A stretch of 64,000 nucleotides of DNA from Octopus sinensis (Eukaryota), in contig NC_043006.1 in assembly GCF_006345805.1 (NCBI RefSeq), forward strand, positions 103,974,001-104,038,000, in the 5' to 3' direction. The notes under the pieces were generated by a model. That model made no database searches and was not told the origin of the DNA. It saw only the letters and a program-made list of their open reading frames with translations. Shown piece after piece: positions 49,040 through 63,253 of the stretch. How positions within the stretch are numbered: the first letter of the stretch is position 1; every line of letters starts with the position of its first letter. The position numbers and the translations under genes were made by a program.

Positions 49040-49852
49040 AAATAAGTAATGCGTCTTTTCATTTGCATGATCAACTTGTAAAGCACGAAGTAATTTTACC
49101 TTGTACTCATTCTTAGTGCAAGTTTTGAAGAGTGCAGTTCGACTTTAACAGTTATTTTTTCAAAGCCATAATGGAAGTGACATAGGAGCATATTTGACAT
49201 ATTTTGCTTTATGAGTTCAATAAAGGCAACAGCGCCACGGAAAGTGCGAGGAATATTAATGCAGTATATGGGGATCAGACAATAAGTGTAAGCTAGTGTC
49301 AACGGTGGTTCCAGAAATTCAGAGCCGGAAACTACAGCCTAGAAGACGAGTCTCGTCCTGGAAGATCTGTAGAACTCGATGCGGACGCCCTGCAAACCCT
49401 GGTGGAACAAAATCCCATTGTGACTGTTGAGGAACTAGCAGAGAAGGTGGAATTTGGTCATTCAACTAGTCATTCAAGTCAGCGCTAAAACGACCATCTT
49501 TGGTTTCAAGACGAAAGGTGTTCTTCTATCAGGATAATGCTCGACTACATACAGCGAGGATGACATTCCAAAAGTTGGAGCAGCTTGAATGGGAAACTAT
49601 GCCCCATCAGATTATCATTTACACCGTAGTCTTCAGAATCATTTGGACGGAAAATATAAATTCTGTAGACGAGTATTTTTCGTTACGGATAAGTCAATTT
49701 TGGAAGAGGGGCCTTGCAAGGTTACCAGATAGATGGAAGAGCATTGTAGAAAATGAAGGAGGGTATATCTTATATTAAAAATGAACTTTGGTTATCTTAA
49801 TTTTGAAAAATAAAAGAAGTATGAAAACAGCATTATTTATGGGATGACCAAA
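49040..49852 (+). mobile_element. Internally deleted, degenerate mariner (different subfamily from the 19-kb copy)
   Basis: From 49171: MEVT*EHI*HILLYEFNKGNSATESARNINAVYGD..QRWFQKFRAG..LEDESRPGR. Later YQDNARLH and LARLPDRWKSIVENEGGY. Right TIR CATTATTTATGGGATGACCAAA then TA; left TIR truncated. Confidence 0.85.
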
Positions 49853-51383
49853 TATATATATATATATATATAGATAGATAGATAGATATAAAATATATGT
49901 GTGTGTGTATGTATGTATGTATGTATGTATGTGTGTATGTAACCGGTTTCTTTCAGTTTCTGTGTACCATATTTACTCATGGCTTTAGTCGAGTGGGGAC
50001 TATAGTAAAAGACACTTGCCCAAGGTACTAACAAGCAGTGAACCTGAACCCGAAACCATGTGTTTGGAAAGAAGGCTTCTTACAGTACAGCCATGTTTGC
50101 CTGCATAGGCAAACTTTCTCGAGAAGTGGACTGTATGAGACTTAGCTCATCATCAAGTGGAATACACTACTAAAAAACAAAACAAAACATGGGACTTTCT
50201 GTTCGACGTATGATCCAGAAAACCCCGCGGACAGTAGTTTGTCCATGACTGCCCTTAGCACTTTGCTAATTTTGCCACCAAATGGATTCACTGCGTGTTT
50301 GCTCAACATGTTCGAAATGTCACACAAATCTCTCTAAGAACACACACAGAGTCATTTGCAGATAATGTGGGCCTGGATACTCTCTAGAAAGATGGAATAT
50401 CCATTGTCGCTATATACTTGATCATAAATAACTTGGCTAATCATCATCACAATGATAAAAACACAATTTTATAAACAGTGTATTTACCGCGAGCATTTCC
50501 ATTCGGAGATTCATTTCCGACCGACTGTTGTTTTTCCCGCCAAAAATTAAACCATCACCAAATTTGTTTGCTTTTTTTTTTTTTGCTAAGTTAGTGGTGA
50601 CGGTCGTTTTCCAGGCTTAACTACAACAGATTTCTTCCAGGAAGAGAACGAGAGATAGATAAATAGATATACAGAAATAAGGAGGGTGAGAGAAGAGGAG
50701 AATCGACCCTAACACAGGAGTGGAACTATACTCATCAACACCAAAATGATATAAGTAAATCGAACTCCGAGGTATTCGAACTCAGGGTGAAGAGAGCTGT
50801 AGTGATTACCATAAAGCACTTTATCCGACGCTCTAAGGGTTCTGCCAATTGACATTCTTGTAAGACAATCTTGTGTATGCCAGAGGGTATGGTGTGATCA
50901 CCAACACAAATGTAACGTATGAGAAATAATAGATGCGGGGGTACACTCTTCTAGGAGATTCAACAGTATGATCGTATCCTTTTGATTCATACGCCTGTCT
51001 GCTGACATGGACAGAAGAGTAGCAGTAGACGTGAGCAACAACAGTAACCGAAACACTTCTTAATGTCTAGTACCATGAGCAAATTTTACAAGCTTAACTA
51101 AATGAGGGGGAAATATCAGTTGTGCTTTGGATTTGACTCCAGTCTATGACAGGTAAAACTTCGTTGTTGATATAGTGGAATAAACGTTAAATATATAGAA
51201 TATATAGGGTTATATCAGAGCCAGAAGCACAACGGGACAACAGGGCCGAGAGGATGTCTATGTTTGCTTGTGACTACTTGGGAACCTAAAACAATTCATT
51301 AGCGAAACCACTGTACATGCTGCCAAGTTATACACGCTTTCGACTGACGACTGTAGCAAAATATAGTGTATAATATATATATA

Positions 51384-51415
<32 letters not shown>

Positions 51416-51618
51416 CCTACATTAAATATAAAATTTAATAGTGTTCACTTCCGGACACTCTCACTCTGTAGGAGCCTCAGTTCAAATCGCACGTGTCTTG
51501 AATGGGCTGGAGTATTTCTATTTTGGATGTATTTGGGGTACTTAATTGTGCTCATGACTTAGTGTTTTGCTTCTTCCATGGGTATGAGTAAGTATCTCAT
51601 TTATTTCTTTGCCACATT

Positions 51619-51671
51619 TATCACTGACGAAGGGAGGGTTCTTATGAACTAACCCTGAAATCGGTCCGATA
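51619..51671 (+). ncRNA. Minimal type I hammerhead-ribozyme-like motif
   Basis: UAUCA CUGACGA AGGGAGGGUUC UUAU GAACUAACCCU GAAAU CG GU C CGAUA: canonical core, 9-bp stem II with a 2x2 internal loop, stem I 4 of 5 pairs. Confidence 0.65.
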
Positions 51672-53569
51672 TGGTAATAATGGAATTTTTTAGAAATTTC
51701 TGTCGACCTTTTTTCGAGTAGCGTGCGTATTGTGAAAAATTATATGGTTATGGACAATATGTCCAATTTCGACATATTTGGCATAAGAATTTTTTCGTTT
51801 GCCCTTATTTATAAGTTGTTTATAATTTTAACCTTTAAAGGTATTTTTTAATATGCTGGCCATTGATAGAATTTTTTTCGAAAAAATGTTATCCTACATT
51901 AAAAATAAATTATATATATATATATATATGAAAGGAGGAAAATGCACACAGTTTACATAGTTTTAATGTATTTTTAAATATATTTTATAAGTGAAAGAAT
52001 ATTGTGTTTGTCGACCGGTTTCACTTTCGCTAATCATGACATTGAAATTATCGTAATTTCGTATTTTCGTAAAAAGATTTTAGTTCATGTTGGGTATGGG
52101 AGTTTGTGAATGAATTAAATCAACAGGTAGAAATCACTCTCTCTCTCTCTATATATATATATATATGTTGCTGGGGTGCTGGCAAAAGGAATTTACCAGT
52201 CAATTACCAGTAACCCTAATCCTAAGGATCAATATAATAAATTTTCACCTCTCCTTCATAAAATGGCTGGCCTTAAGCCATAAATTAAGAAAGAATTATG
52301 GCGGTGATCTGGCAGAATGTTTAGAGCATCGGAAAAGTATGCTTTGCAGTATCTTTTTCCAGCTGTTTACATTCTGAGCTGATTATATTGACCCCCAGTA
52401 ATTGACTAGTAAATTTATTTTATCGACACTCCAGTAATTAAGTAACATTTTTGCTTTATCGTCCCTGAGATGTTGTAAGGCAAATTCCACTTCGATAGCA
52501 TTTGAACTCAGAGCATAAAAACCAGTAAAAATACGTCTAAGCATCATATCCGACGTGGTACTGGTTCTGCCACCTGTCATCTGACAGCGCTCCACTTTGT
52601 CGTCGTACGAGTAGAGGTACTTATGCTACTAGAGGGAGTGGTAGTAAACACTAGTTGTGGTTGCAGTGTTGTTGTTCGCCGATAGAGCTGCGATTGTGAT
52701 CGCCGTCGTACTAGCAGAGAGTTACGCGGTGTTGTTGTTGAAGAAATCCCTGCTAAGTATTTTGTCCGATGCCTTAACCATTCTCCAAGTTGACCGTCTT
52801 CCAACACCACCAATAATACCGCCACCAATACCAACACCATCACCATTGCCATCACTACCACCAACAACAACAATAGCAACCATCACCACAACTATCAACA
52901 CTACCGCCATCACAACGACCACCACCACTAGCACGAGCACCGTCACCACTATTAACACTATCACCACCACCATCACCACCATCACCACTATCAACACCAT
53001 CACTGCCAGACGCCACCGACCTGATCATGAATACAAACACGGCCAATACGACCACCACCACCGACAGTTGCAATATCAACCACTGTTGTACCAGGTGATG
53101 TTGGTTAATCGAGTACACACATGGTCAAAGTTAGTCCAGCCGTGACTTTCCCGTCTTGTTTTCAGGAATAGTATACCTACGATTAGATCATTCAACGTCT
53201 GTCATCCATTATAAATAGTATGGTGTAGTTTGAGAGGGATTTGACTGCTATTTCTGATGAATTCAAAACACCGCATAGAAGAACCGGTATTGCAACCGTT
53301 TTTGCCGCTGATGCAACAGCAGCAGCACCTGCTGCAGCAGCAGCACAATAGCCAAAGCCGGCACCCTCGTCGACACCACCACCGACACCACCACCACCAC
53401 CACCACACTGACCCATCACCGCTGCCACCAGTTCCATCGTCGTTTTAGTCATCATCATCATCATCGTCATCATCAGCCGCAGCATCAACAGCGACACCTT
53501 CGACAAGAAAAACTGCACGATCAGCATTAATTGCAGCAGTAGACGTTGCAGCAGCTCTAGATGGTTGCA

Positions 53570-53642
53570 CCAGTAGTAGTAGTATCAGCAACAGTAGTAG
53601 TAGTAGTGTAGTAGTAGTAGTAGTAGTAGTAGTATCAGCAAC

Positions 53643-53679
<37 letters not shown>

Positions 53680-53687
53680 TCAGCAAC

Positions 53688-53730
<43 letters not shown>

Positions 53731-53738
53731 TCAGCAAC

Positions 53739-53771
<33 letters not shown>

Positions 53772-53845
53772 TAGTAGTAGTAGTAGTAGTAGTATCAGCA
53801 ACAGTAGTAGTAGTAGTAGTAGTAGCAGCAGCAGCAGCAAGCAGC

Positions 53846-53890
<45 letters not shown>
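53570..53890. repeat. (AGT)n array punctuated by ATCAGCAAC
   Basis: Five ATCAGCAAC interruptions, roughly 46-63 bp apart. Confidence 0.9.
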
Positions 53891-53891
<1 letters not shown>

Positions 53892-54683
53892 TGGGTAGAT
53901 GGATGGATAGAAGAATGGAGGGACGAACGGATCTCCGTCACTTTTCTCGATGACTATTCGGCTAATCGATCAATTCTGCCACGAGCTCATTAACTCAGCG
54001 TCTCAGTGGTTGAGTATTCCACAGATATGCGGGCCCTGAACGTAGGCCTCAGTCGGAATAGGCGTAACAGTGTGTAACAAGACTGAACATCTACATTGCA
54101 GGTATAATTTATTCCATGGGCTTCTGTACGGTCTCCGTCCGCCAAATTACACTGTGAAGGATTGACCAGAGGTTAAAGTAAAAGGCATTCGCCCACTGTG
54201 ACAGACACAGAGTTCGGACGCAAGACCATTTCATTGCGAAGCGAAATTCTAACAACCATTCAACCGTTATCTCCTCCTCCTTCTCCTACTCTTCTTCCTC
54301 CCCCTCCTCCTCCTCCTCCATCTTCTTCTTCTTCTTCTTCTTCTTCTTCTTCTTCTTCTTCTTCTTCTTCTTCTTCTTCTTCTAGCACGCCGGGAGAAAC
54401 GCTTAAACAAGGTCGACTTTCGGGGTCGATAAATTAAGTACCAGTTACTCACTGGGGTCGATGTAATCGACTTAATCCATTTGTCTGCCCTTGTTTGTCC
54501 TCTCTGTGTTTAGCCCCTTGCGACAAAGAAAATATATTCGAAACGATATAAAAAAAAAACAAGCGTCTTAGTTGGTCAAAAAACTTTATAAAACTTCCAT
54601 ATTATCACATGTTGAACGCAAATACATATTTAAAAAGTCTGAGCATTCAAACAAATAACCCAAAAGCATAAATAAATATATAT

Positions 54684-54735
<52 letters not shown>

Positions 54736-54977
54736 GGATGGAATTGTATGATGACAAAAAAAAAAATGGAATAAATCGTTGCATGTAAACGGTGACTAAA
54801 AGGGGTCGAATAGGATAAAAATTAAATAATTATAAAATGTAAGACAAAAGCAGAAAAGTACTTCGGGGTCCATATCTACGGCCGTTTCAGAAGACATCAC
54901 CAAATTTCATAATGCTTTCAAAATAATTAAGACGCTTGTTTAGTATGTTCCTTTTGAATATATATATATGTATGTAT

Positions 54978-55010
<33 letters not shown>

Positions 55011-55234
55011 CTATATATATATATATATATTATATATAATATATATATATATATATATATGTAGATAATGTATGTATATATGTATATATGTATAGATATA
55101 TATGTTTATATATATATATATATATATATACTATTAGATATATATATGTATATATATGTACGTATATATATGTGTATGCATGTATATGTGCATATATAGT
55201 ATGTTTATATTTATATATATGTGTGTGTATATGT

Positions 55235-55265
<31 letters not shown>

Positions 55266-55888
55266 GTATGTATATATATATGTATGTATATGTATGTATG
55301 TATGTATATGTATGTATGTATGTATATATAAATGTATGTATACATATATATCTACATCTCTCTATATATACACATATGCATACATTCATAATACTTACAT
55401 ATGTGAGCGTGTGTGTATAAGGCAATCTTTATATCCTGCTTAAGGTGGACGTTGTGTCCTAATACCGAATGCTGTGCTATTTATCTTGGGAGAACCTCTC
55501 ATGGCTTCGTGGGGCAAAAAAGCACTGGTATTTATATCATCAGCACACAAGAACCGTTTCCTGCCTCCGCCGAAACTGCCAGATCACGTGGTTTCGCCCT
55601 GTGTGGGTCTCCAGAGACGTCCAGTACCGACAGAACAGCCGATGTGAGATTCGTACAAATCAACATCAATATTAAAAAAAAAAGTATAGCGATTGATTTG
55701 TACGGCTAAAACCATTTAAGGCGGCACCCCAGCATGGCTACAGCCCAATGCCTGAAACAATTAAAAGGAATTAGTGCGCACGCACGGGTTTGTGTGTGTG
55801 TGTGTGTGTGTGTGTATTAGACGTGTGTATGTGTGTATTTTGGAGATAGATAGATTTGACAGACAGGTAGACAGACAGACAGACAGAC

Positions 55889-55958
<70 letters not shown>

Positions 55959-56047
55959 GTATGTAGGTCTATGTATGTATGTAGGTAGGTAGGTAGGTAG
56001 ATAGATGGACAGACAGACAGATGGATAGAGACAGACAGACAGGCACA

Positions 56048-56078
<31 letters not shown>

Positions 56079-56221
56079 TGCAAACATACACACAGATAGA
56101 CAGACATAGAGAGACAGTGAGAGAAAGAGAAAGCGAGAGAAATGAGGCGAGAGAAAGAAAGCAAAAATCGAGACAGACTGTGCGTGTGCGTGTGTAAGTG
56201 TGTGTGTGTGTGTATGTGCGT

Positions 56222-56257
<36 letters not shown>

Positions 56258-56394
56258 TCAGCGAGTACATATCTACTGGCATGTGGCTGCGTGGCACTGT
56301 ATTGAACTATCGATTTTGAAATAAAAAATGAAACGTAACAGCTGTAGTATAATGGCCAGTCAGCAGATCGGTGTTACACGGAGCTGTACACACA

Positions 56395-57530
56395 CACACC
56401 ACCACCACCACCACCACCACCATCACCATCACCAACACTATCACTACAACCACCAGCACCATCACTGCTATCAATACCATTGTCACCATCAACGCCACCA
56501 CACATGACCACCATCATCACCACAATAACCACTGCCACCACTGCTACCACCGCCATCACAACTATGGTCGTAACCGTTACCACCACCGCTACCACTGCTA
56601 CCACTACCACCACCACTAACACCACCACTGCCACCACTACCACCACTACCACCACCACTACCACTGCCACCACTACCACCACTACCACCACTAACACCAC
56701 TAACACCACCACTACCACCACTGCCACCACTAACACCACTACCACCACCACTAACACCAACACTACCACCACCACTACCGCTACCACCACTACCACCACT
56801 GCCACCACTAACACCACCACTACCACCACTACTACCACCATTACCACCACTACCACAACCACTACCACCACTACCACTACCACCACTACCACCACCACTA
56901 ACACCACCACTATCACTACAACCACTACCACCACTACCACCACCACTACCACTACCACCACTACCACCACCACTAACACCACCACTAACACCACCACTGC
57001 CACCATCACTACTACCACTACCACCACTACCACCACCGCTAACACCACCACTAACACCACCACTGCCACCACAACCGCCACTACCACCACCCCTACCACC
57101 TCCTTCAACACCACCATCATAAACATCATCACCACCACCAACACCACCACAATGAACACCAACATCATCATCATCATCCTAATCACTACAACGATAACAG
57201 TAAACGCCAACGCTTCCATCATCACCATCGTCATCACCAACATCATCCCGAATATACGATCACCATAACAACAATAACCTCCTCCACCACGACCACCACC
57301 ACCGCTGCCACCACAATAATCTCCACCACGACTACCAATGTCACCATAAAAACCATCGCTATTACCACCACCACCCCTACCACCACCACCACAGTATTAA
57401 CGAACATCACAACCACCACGATTACCTCCAGTACTACCACCACCACCACCACCACCACCACACCACCAGTACAAACCACCACTGCCAACGCATCAATCTC
57501 CACGATGACGACGACCACTACCACCTAAGT
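56395..57530. repeat. About 1.1-kb cryptic (ACC/ACT/AAC)n trinucleotide array
   Basis: Direct reading; it produces poly-Thr and poly-Val ORFs. Confidence 0.95.
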
Positions 57531-58127
57531 ACAGAAGTACTAATTAGCCAACGAGAAAGCTTCTACGTGGCTTCTTCGTTTTGCAAGAAACAGCAGCTAA
57601 ATCTCCAAGTCGCACCGACAAAAACATAGATTACACCGAATAACGTAAATCTCGATACACTTAACGAGGCGTGGTGGTCGCGGTTAGAATACCTCACGTA
57701 ATAGGTCTTATTGCATGAGACGCACCTAGGGCTTTAAACATAAAAGCGTTTCGCATCACCATCATCATCACCATCATCTTCATCATTCACATCACAAGTG
57801 TGAAGAACAATCAATCTGGTCTATTGTTGTGCTAGAAATACTAACCAAATCCTCAAATCACAATTCCGACGGCTTAAAAGAAGGACGGACATATTACAAA
57901 CAATGTAGTTCTTGATGTGTAGGTGTGTGTGTATATGTGTGAGAGAGAGAGAGAGAGAGGGGGGGACTGTTTGCGTATAGAGGCATATATGTGTGATTGT
58001 GTGTGTGCATAGATATATACATACATTTTCATACTCACAAACACACGCACACACACATACACACTATATTAGATATGTGGAACTATTCAGGCTTAAAGAT
58101 TTATGCATGTTTAAATGTGTGTATACA

Positions 58128-58176
<49 letters not shown>

Positions 58177-58232
58177 TATATATTATATTATATATTATAT
58201 ATATATATTATTATATATTATATATTATATGT

Positions 58233-58265
<33 letters not shown>

Positions 58266-58361
58266 AATATATATATATATTATATATATATATATATAAA
58301 TATATATAATATATATATATATTTAATATATATATATATATATATACATATATAATAACAC

Positions 58362-58406
<45 letters not shown>

Positions 58407-58467
58407 TATACATGATATATATATATATATAATATAATATTATATATATATCATATATAGTATATCA

Positions 58468-58508
<41 letters not shown>

Positions 58509-58544
58509 TTTATATATATATATATGGAGAGTTTACGAAAAACA

Positions 58545-58700
58545 CACAAGACGAAGAACGGTGCTGTCCAAAACAAACAGATGTATTAGTATAACGCTCA
58601 GGAATAGAAAAAGTCTTTTACGTTTCGATCCTACGCTCTTCTACAGAAAAGGACACAAAAAACAAGGAGAGAAAAAAATGTGTGTAGTGGCTAACGATCT
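58545..58700 (-). mobile_element. Penelope-like remnant, second copy of the 10265-10450 repeat
   Basis: Reverse-complement match, including the motif at 58615-58650. Confidence 0.65.
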
Positions 58701-58844
58701 ATCATGGCGACTGCCAGACAGAAACGTCACACACGAGAGGTAAGAAGTCGGGGAGACAACAAAGTATATATACATATATATAACAAATATCATAGATAAA
58801 TAAAGAAATTGAGTTAAACGCAAGTGTTATTCAAATCTTTATAC

Positions 58845-58929
58845 CTCCGACATATGTTTCGAAGAAAACGTTGGTATCATTCCAGAAGAAATAAAATGAT
58901 GTAAAACAATGCGATCTTTTCATCAGGAG
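58845..58929 (-). ncRNA. Type I hammerhead-like motif with palindromic loop III
   Basis: CUC CUGAUGA AAAGA..UCUUC GAAAC AUAU GU C GGAG. Confidence 0.55.
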
Positions 58930-59016
58930 AAAAAAAGGAGAAACAAAACACACCAAAAAGCCATTTTAACTGAATGTGATTACTGCATATATGATGAACA
59001 GAACGCTGCTAAGTTC

Positions 59017-59048
<32 letters not shown>

Positions 59049-59254
59049 AGGAAAAAATCTATTATGAGATTAATTCCGAAATTGATTCAATATAGAAATA
59101 ACGAACTTTAAAAAGTAATCTTTTGGCCAGCTTTCCTCGATTTCAGCTCTACGTGTTTTCTGTAGCGAGTAAATAATATGTGGAAATTGACGATTTAATA
59201 GTCGTTATTAGCATATTGGCATAGAAATAATTTTCTTTAGCCCTTGTTATAAGT

Positions 59255-59337
<83 letters not shown>

Positions 59338-59721
59338 TATATAGTCACAGCTGGTCTAGGTTTAAACAGTAACACTAACCACGAGTTGGCTGATTGATGG
59401 CCGACGTATTTTAGAGAAACTATGGAGAGACAGGAGAACAATAGAAGTGTACTGAAGAGTTAAAAATCGAACACCTACCTGATGGACCAGCCTTTCCATT
59501 TTATAAGGTATTCCACTTTACCCTACACAAAAGAAGGAGAAAAAAGAGAGTGAGAAAATGGTTACGCAAAATATGATGGAGTAATGAGTTAAATAGATAG
59601 ACAGGAAAAAAAAGATCAGATATGATAGGCAGACAGATACACGGACAGACTGACAGACGGACAGACGGGGGGCCGGACAAACATAGACAGACAGCAGTTA
59701 GATAGATAGATAGATAGATAG

Positions 59722-59763
<42 letters not shown>

Positions 59764-60065
59764 CATACATACATACATACATACATACATACAGACATAA
59801 GTACGTACGTACATACATACACACATATGTACATATATATATCACCGTGACCACCGTGACCAACCAGGCTATCAGATGTTGCTACACATCGCTGGTCACA
59901 ATGCGCTTTGCATTGTTTTAGTCTTCAAATGACGCCACGCCGCTGGCTAAGCGAGCAGGCCAACATATATATATAGAGAGAGAGATGAATAAATAAATTG
60001 ACAGACAGGTAGACAAATAGATAGAGTGATAAATAAATAGATAGAGACAGAGAGAGACATACATA

Positions 60066-60103
<38 letters not shown>

Positions 60104-60158
60104 TATATTATATATATATATACGTGTGTTGTGTGTGTGTGTGGAGAGAGAGAGAGAC

Positions 60159-60215
<57 letters not shown>

Positions 60216-60259
60216 TTGATAGCTAGATAATATCTATAGACAGTTATATCAGGACGTTT

Positions 60260-60678
60260 GGATCTTTTCGGTTTGAACGGCAGTTTTTTCTAGCGGTGTC
60301 ATATGAAATTGTCATCCATAATTATGACCCTGGTATCGATCTATTGCATTTCAATCTGTTTTAGGGTTAGAGTTAGGGGTAGGGGGAAGGGTATCTTTTT
60401 TTCTTCAGAAATGTAAATAAACCCAATCTGTTTCTTAAACAAGGGACATATTCATACGGCACAGAATGACTTTTACCTCAATAGACGTAATTGATTGGTT
60501 GAAATTGCAGAAATTGAAGAAGAAAAAACAACAAATATCTTACAAACTATAGAATTTTCTCAATAAAGCCAAGAGAAAAAGATGTTTTATTAACACATTC
60601 TACCAGTATACGAAGTTTAAAATTTTTTTGTTACGTGGAAATTATTTTTAAAAACTGCCGTTCAAACCGAAAAGATCC
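60260..60678 (-). mobile_element. GGATC-ended MITE, copy 4 (opposite orientation)
   Basis: Same TIRs. Perfect 8-bp TSD GGACGTTT. Confidence 0.95.
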
Positions 60679-61274
60679 GGACGTTTCTTACAGAAAACTT
60701 CATATATTCTACGAAGTAACACACACACACACACACGCACGCGTTGTATGAAACTGGACAAACTGAATCAGGTTCGTAAGTGGCATGCGCGTAACACGCG
60801 ATCTTCGAATCACTCATAATTTTCAATCGATTTAAAATTGTGTGTGTGTGTGTGAAGGCGCGTGGCTCAGTTGTTAAGATATTCAGTTCTCGATAGTAAG
60901 GTCGTGATTTAAATTCCTTATGTGTGCAAGACACTATATTTCACGTAGCACCAGACCGCTCAGCTGGCCCAAAATGGGTTTCACCTGTAAGTCTGGGTCA
61001 CGCCGAGTTTCCCTGCGAACTATGTTTACTGTGGATGCACAACTTCTCGTTGAGCAGTCAGTATCACCATTGACTATCGACATGACTAACAGACCTCAAA
61101 TAGGTAAAACAGGACGACATATAAGGTTTACAACAGGTTACCACAACGGACATCCACACATTCTCATAATTATTCACTGGCTCAGCCGATGTCCTTCTAA
61201 AGACAGATACTCACTTATCCGACCTACATACGTACATAGACAGACAGACAGATAAACATACATACATACATACA

Positions 61275-61350
<76 letters not shown>

Positions 61351-62644
61351 TCACATCACGAAGGCTTGCTACATAGGTCAGCCGGAGTGTACAAAGGACC
61401 GAATCAATTAGGGGTCAATTTTATATATATATGTATACACACACACACACACACACACCCACACCCACACACCCACCCACACACACACACACACACAACA
61501 CCCACACACACACATATATATATATATATATACTGACAAAAATGGTAAGACAACAAAAGAATGAGAGAGACCTCAATATTATTTAAATAGAGGAATTTAT
61601 CTGTAAATATATGTGACAATTATTCGTTAGCCATGATAAAACTCCGAGTTTCGGATGTTGATGCGGAAACCCACGCCGGCATCTCCTCAGTTATAGGGCC
61701 GTCGAAAAAAATGCTATGAAAATGACCATTAGACAAAGGGAAATTACTGTGTGATTGACCGTTAGTGAGACAAAAGAGCTATTTGAATGACCGGTAAGTA
61801 AAGGGAGGGAGTAAAGGTAAGGGAGTAAAAATGTTCATAGGAATCGCGTATAGAGAGAGACAGAGGGAGAGAGAGGGGAGAAGTTGAAGGAGGAAGAGAG
61901 ACAAAGAGGGGAAGAAAGAGGACAAGGACGAGGGGAAGCAAAGGAAAGGAGGGGCGGTGGAAGTGGCTGAAGATGATGATGATGAAGCATGGAGGTAGGA
62001 GTGGTAGTAAAAGAGGTGGAGGATAAGGGGGAGAAACGGTTGAGGGAGGAATAAGAGGCGGAGATAGAAGCAAATGAGGAGGAGGAGGAGGAGGAGGAGG
62101 AGTGAAGAGAGAAGTGAGGAAGAAGACTTATAGAAGAACGAGTAGGAAGTAATTGAGGGGGAGGAAGATGAGGAGAAGGAGGAGGATACCAGTAAGTGAG
62201 AAGGAGAGAAATGAAGAATTTTCGATTAATGAATAACTGACTTAAAGTATTCCATTTAAAAGACGTAAGTGAATGAAAATGGTAAAGAAACGACAATGAA
62301 TGAACCAATGAATCAATGGAGATAAGAATGAATGTATACTAAGAAGGAATAGGTGAATGAAAGAGTGAAGGAATGAATGAACGAACAACGTTTGTTATTA
62401 TGAATGAATGAGAATAAAATATACAAATGACAAGAGTGAATGAATTTATGAATGAATGTTTGAATGTGTGTCTACACAGGCATAGATACTACATATATGA
62501 ATAAATATGTGTGTATTTATGTATGTGTGTGTATTGAGAGAGAGATATATATATATACAAACACATATATATGTATACATGCACACATATGTATACTTGT
62601 ATGTGTGTATGCATATGTATGCGAGTGCATGTATAGATATATAT

Positions 62645-63062
62645 ATATGTATGTATGTAAGTAAGTAAGTATGTATGTATGTATGCATGTATGTATGTAA
62701 ATATGTATGTATGTATGTATGTGTGTATATATGTATGTATGTATGTGTGTATGTATGTATGTATGTATGTATGTATGTATGTATGTGTGTATGTATGTAT
62801 GTATGTATGTATGTATGTGTGTATGCATGTATGTATGTATGTATGTGTGTATGTATGTATGTGTGTATGTATGTATGTATGTATGTGTGTATGTATGTAT
62901 GTATGTATGTATGTATGTATGTATGTGTGTATGTATGTATGTATGTATGTATGTATGTGTATGTATGTATGTATGTATGTATGTATGTATGTATGTATGT
63001 ATGTATGTATGTATGTGCGTATGTATGTATGTATGTATGTATGTATGTATGCATGTATGTAT
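62645..63062. repeat. (GTAT)n microsatellite with GT interruptions, ending about 90 bp before the gap
   Basis: Direct reading. Confidence 0.95.
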
Positions 63063-63153
63063 ACACGCTCCATTATGAATGGAAAAAGGAAAGCAGGGCA
63101 GCGAAATTTGAGGAGAAATATAATGTAAACAAGGAAGGAATGAAAATATATAT

Positions 63154-63253
63154 NNNNNNNNNNNNNNNNNNNNNNNNNNNNNNNNNNNNNNNNNNNNNNN
63201 NNNNNNNNNNNNNNNNNNNNNNNNNNNNNNNNNNNNNNNNNNNNNNNNNNNNN
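63154..63253. other. Assembly gap (100 N)
   Basis: Run of exactly 100 N. Confidence 1.

Noticed and set aside
52577-53570. Thr/His/Gln-rich ORFs on both strands as a host gene
   Set aside because: Mostly (CAC/CAT/CAG)n low complexity with no recognisable domain or splice structure.
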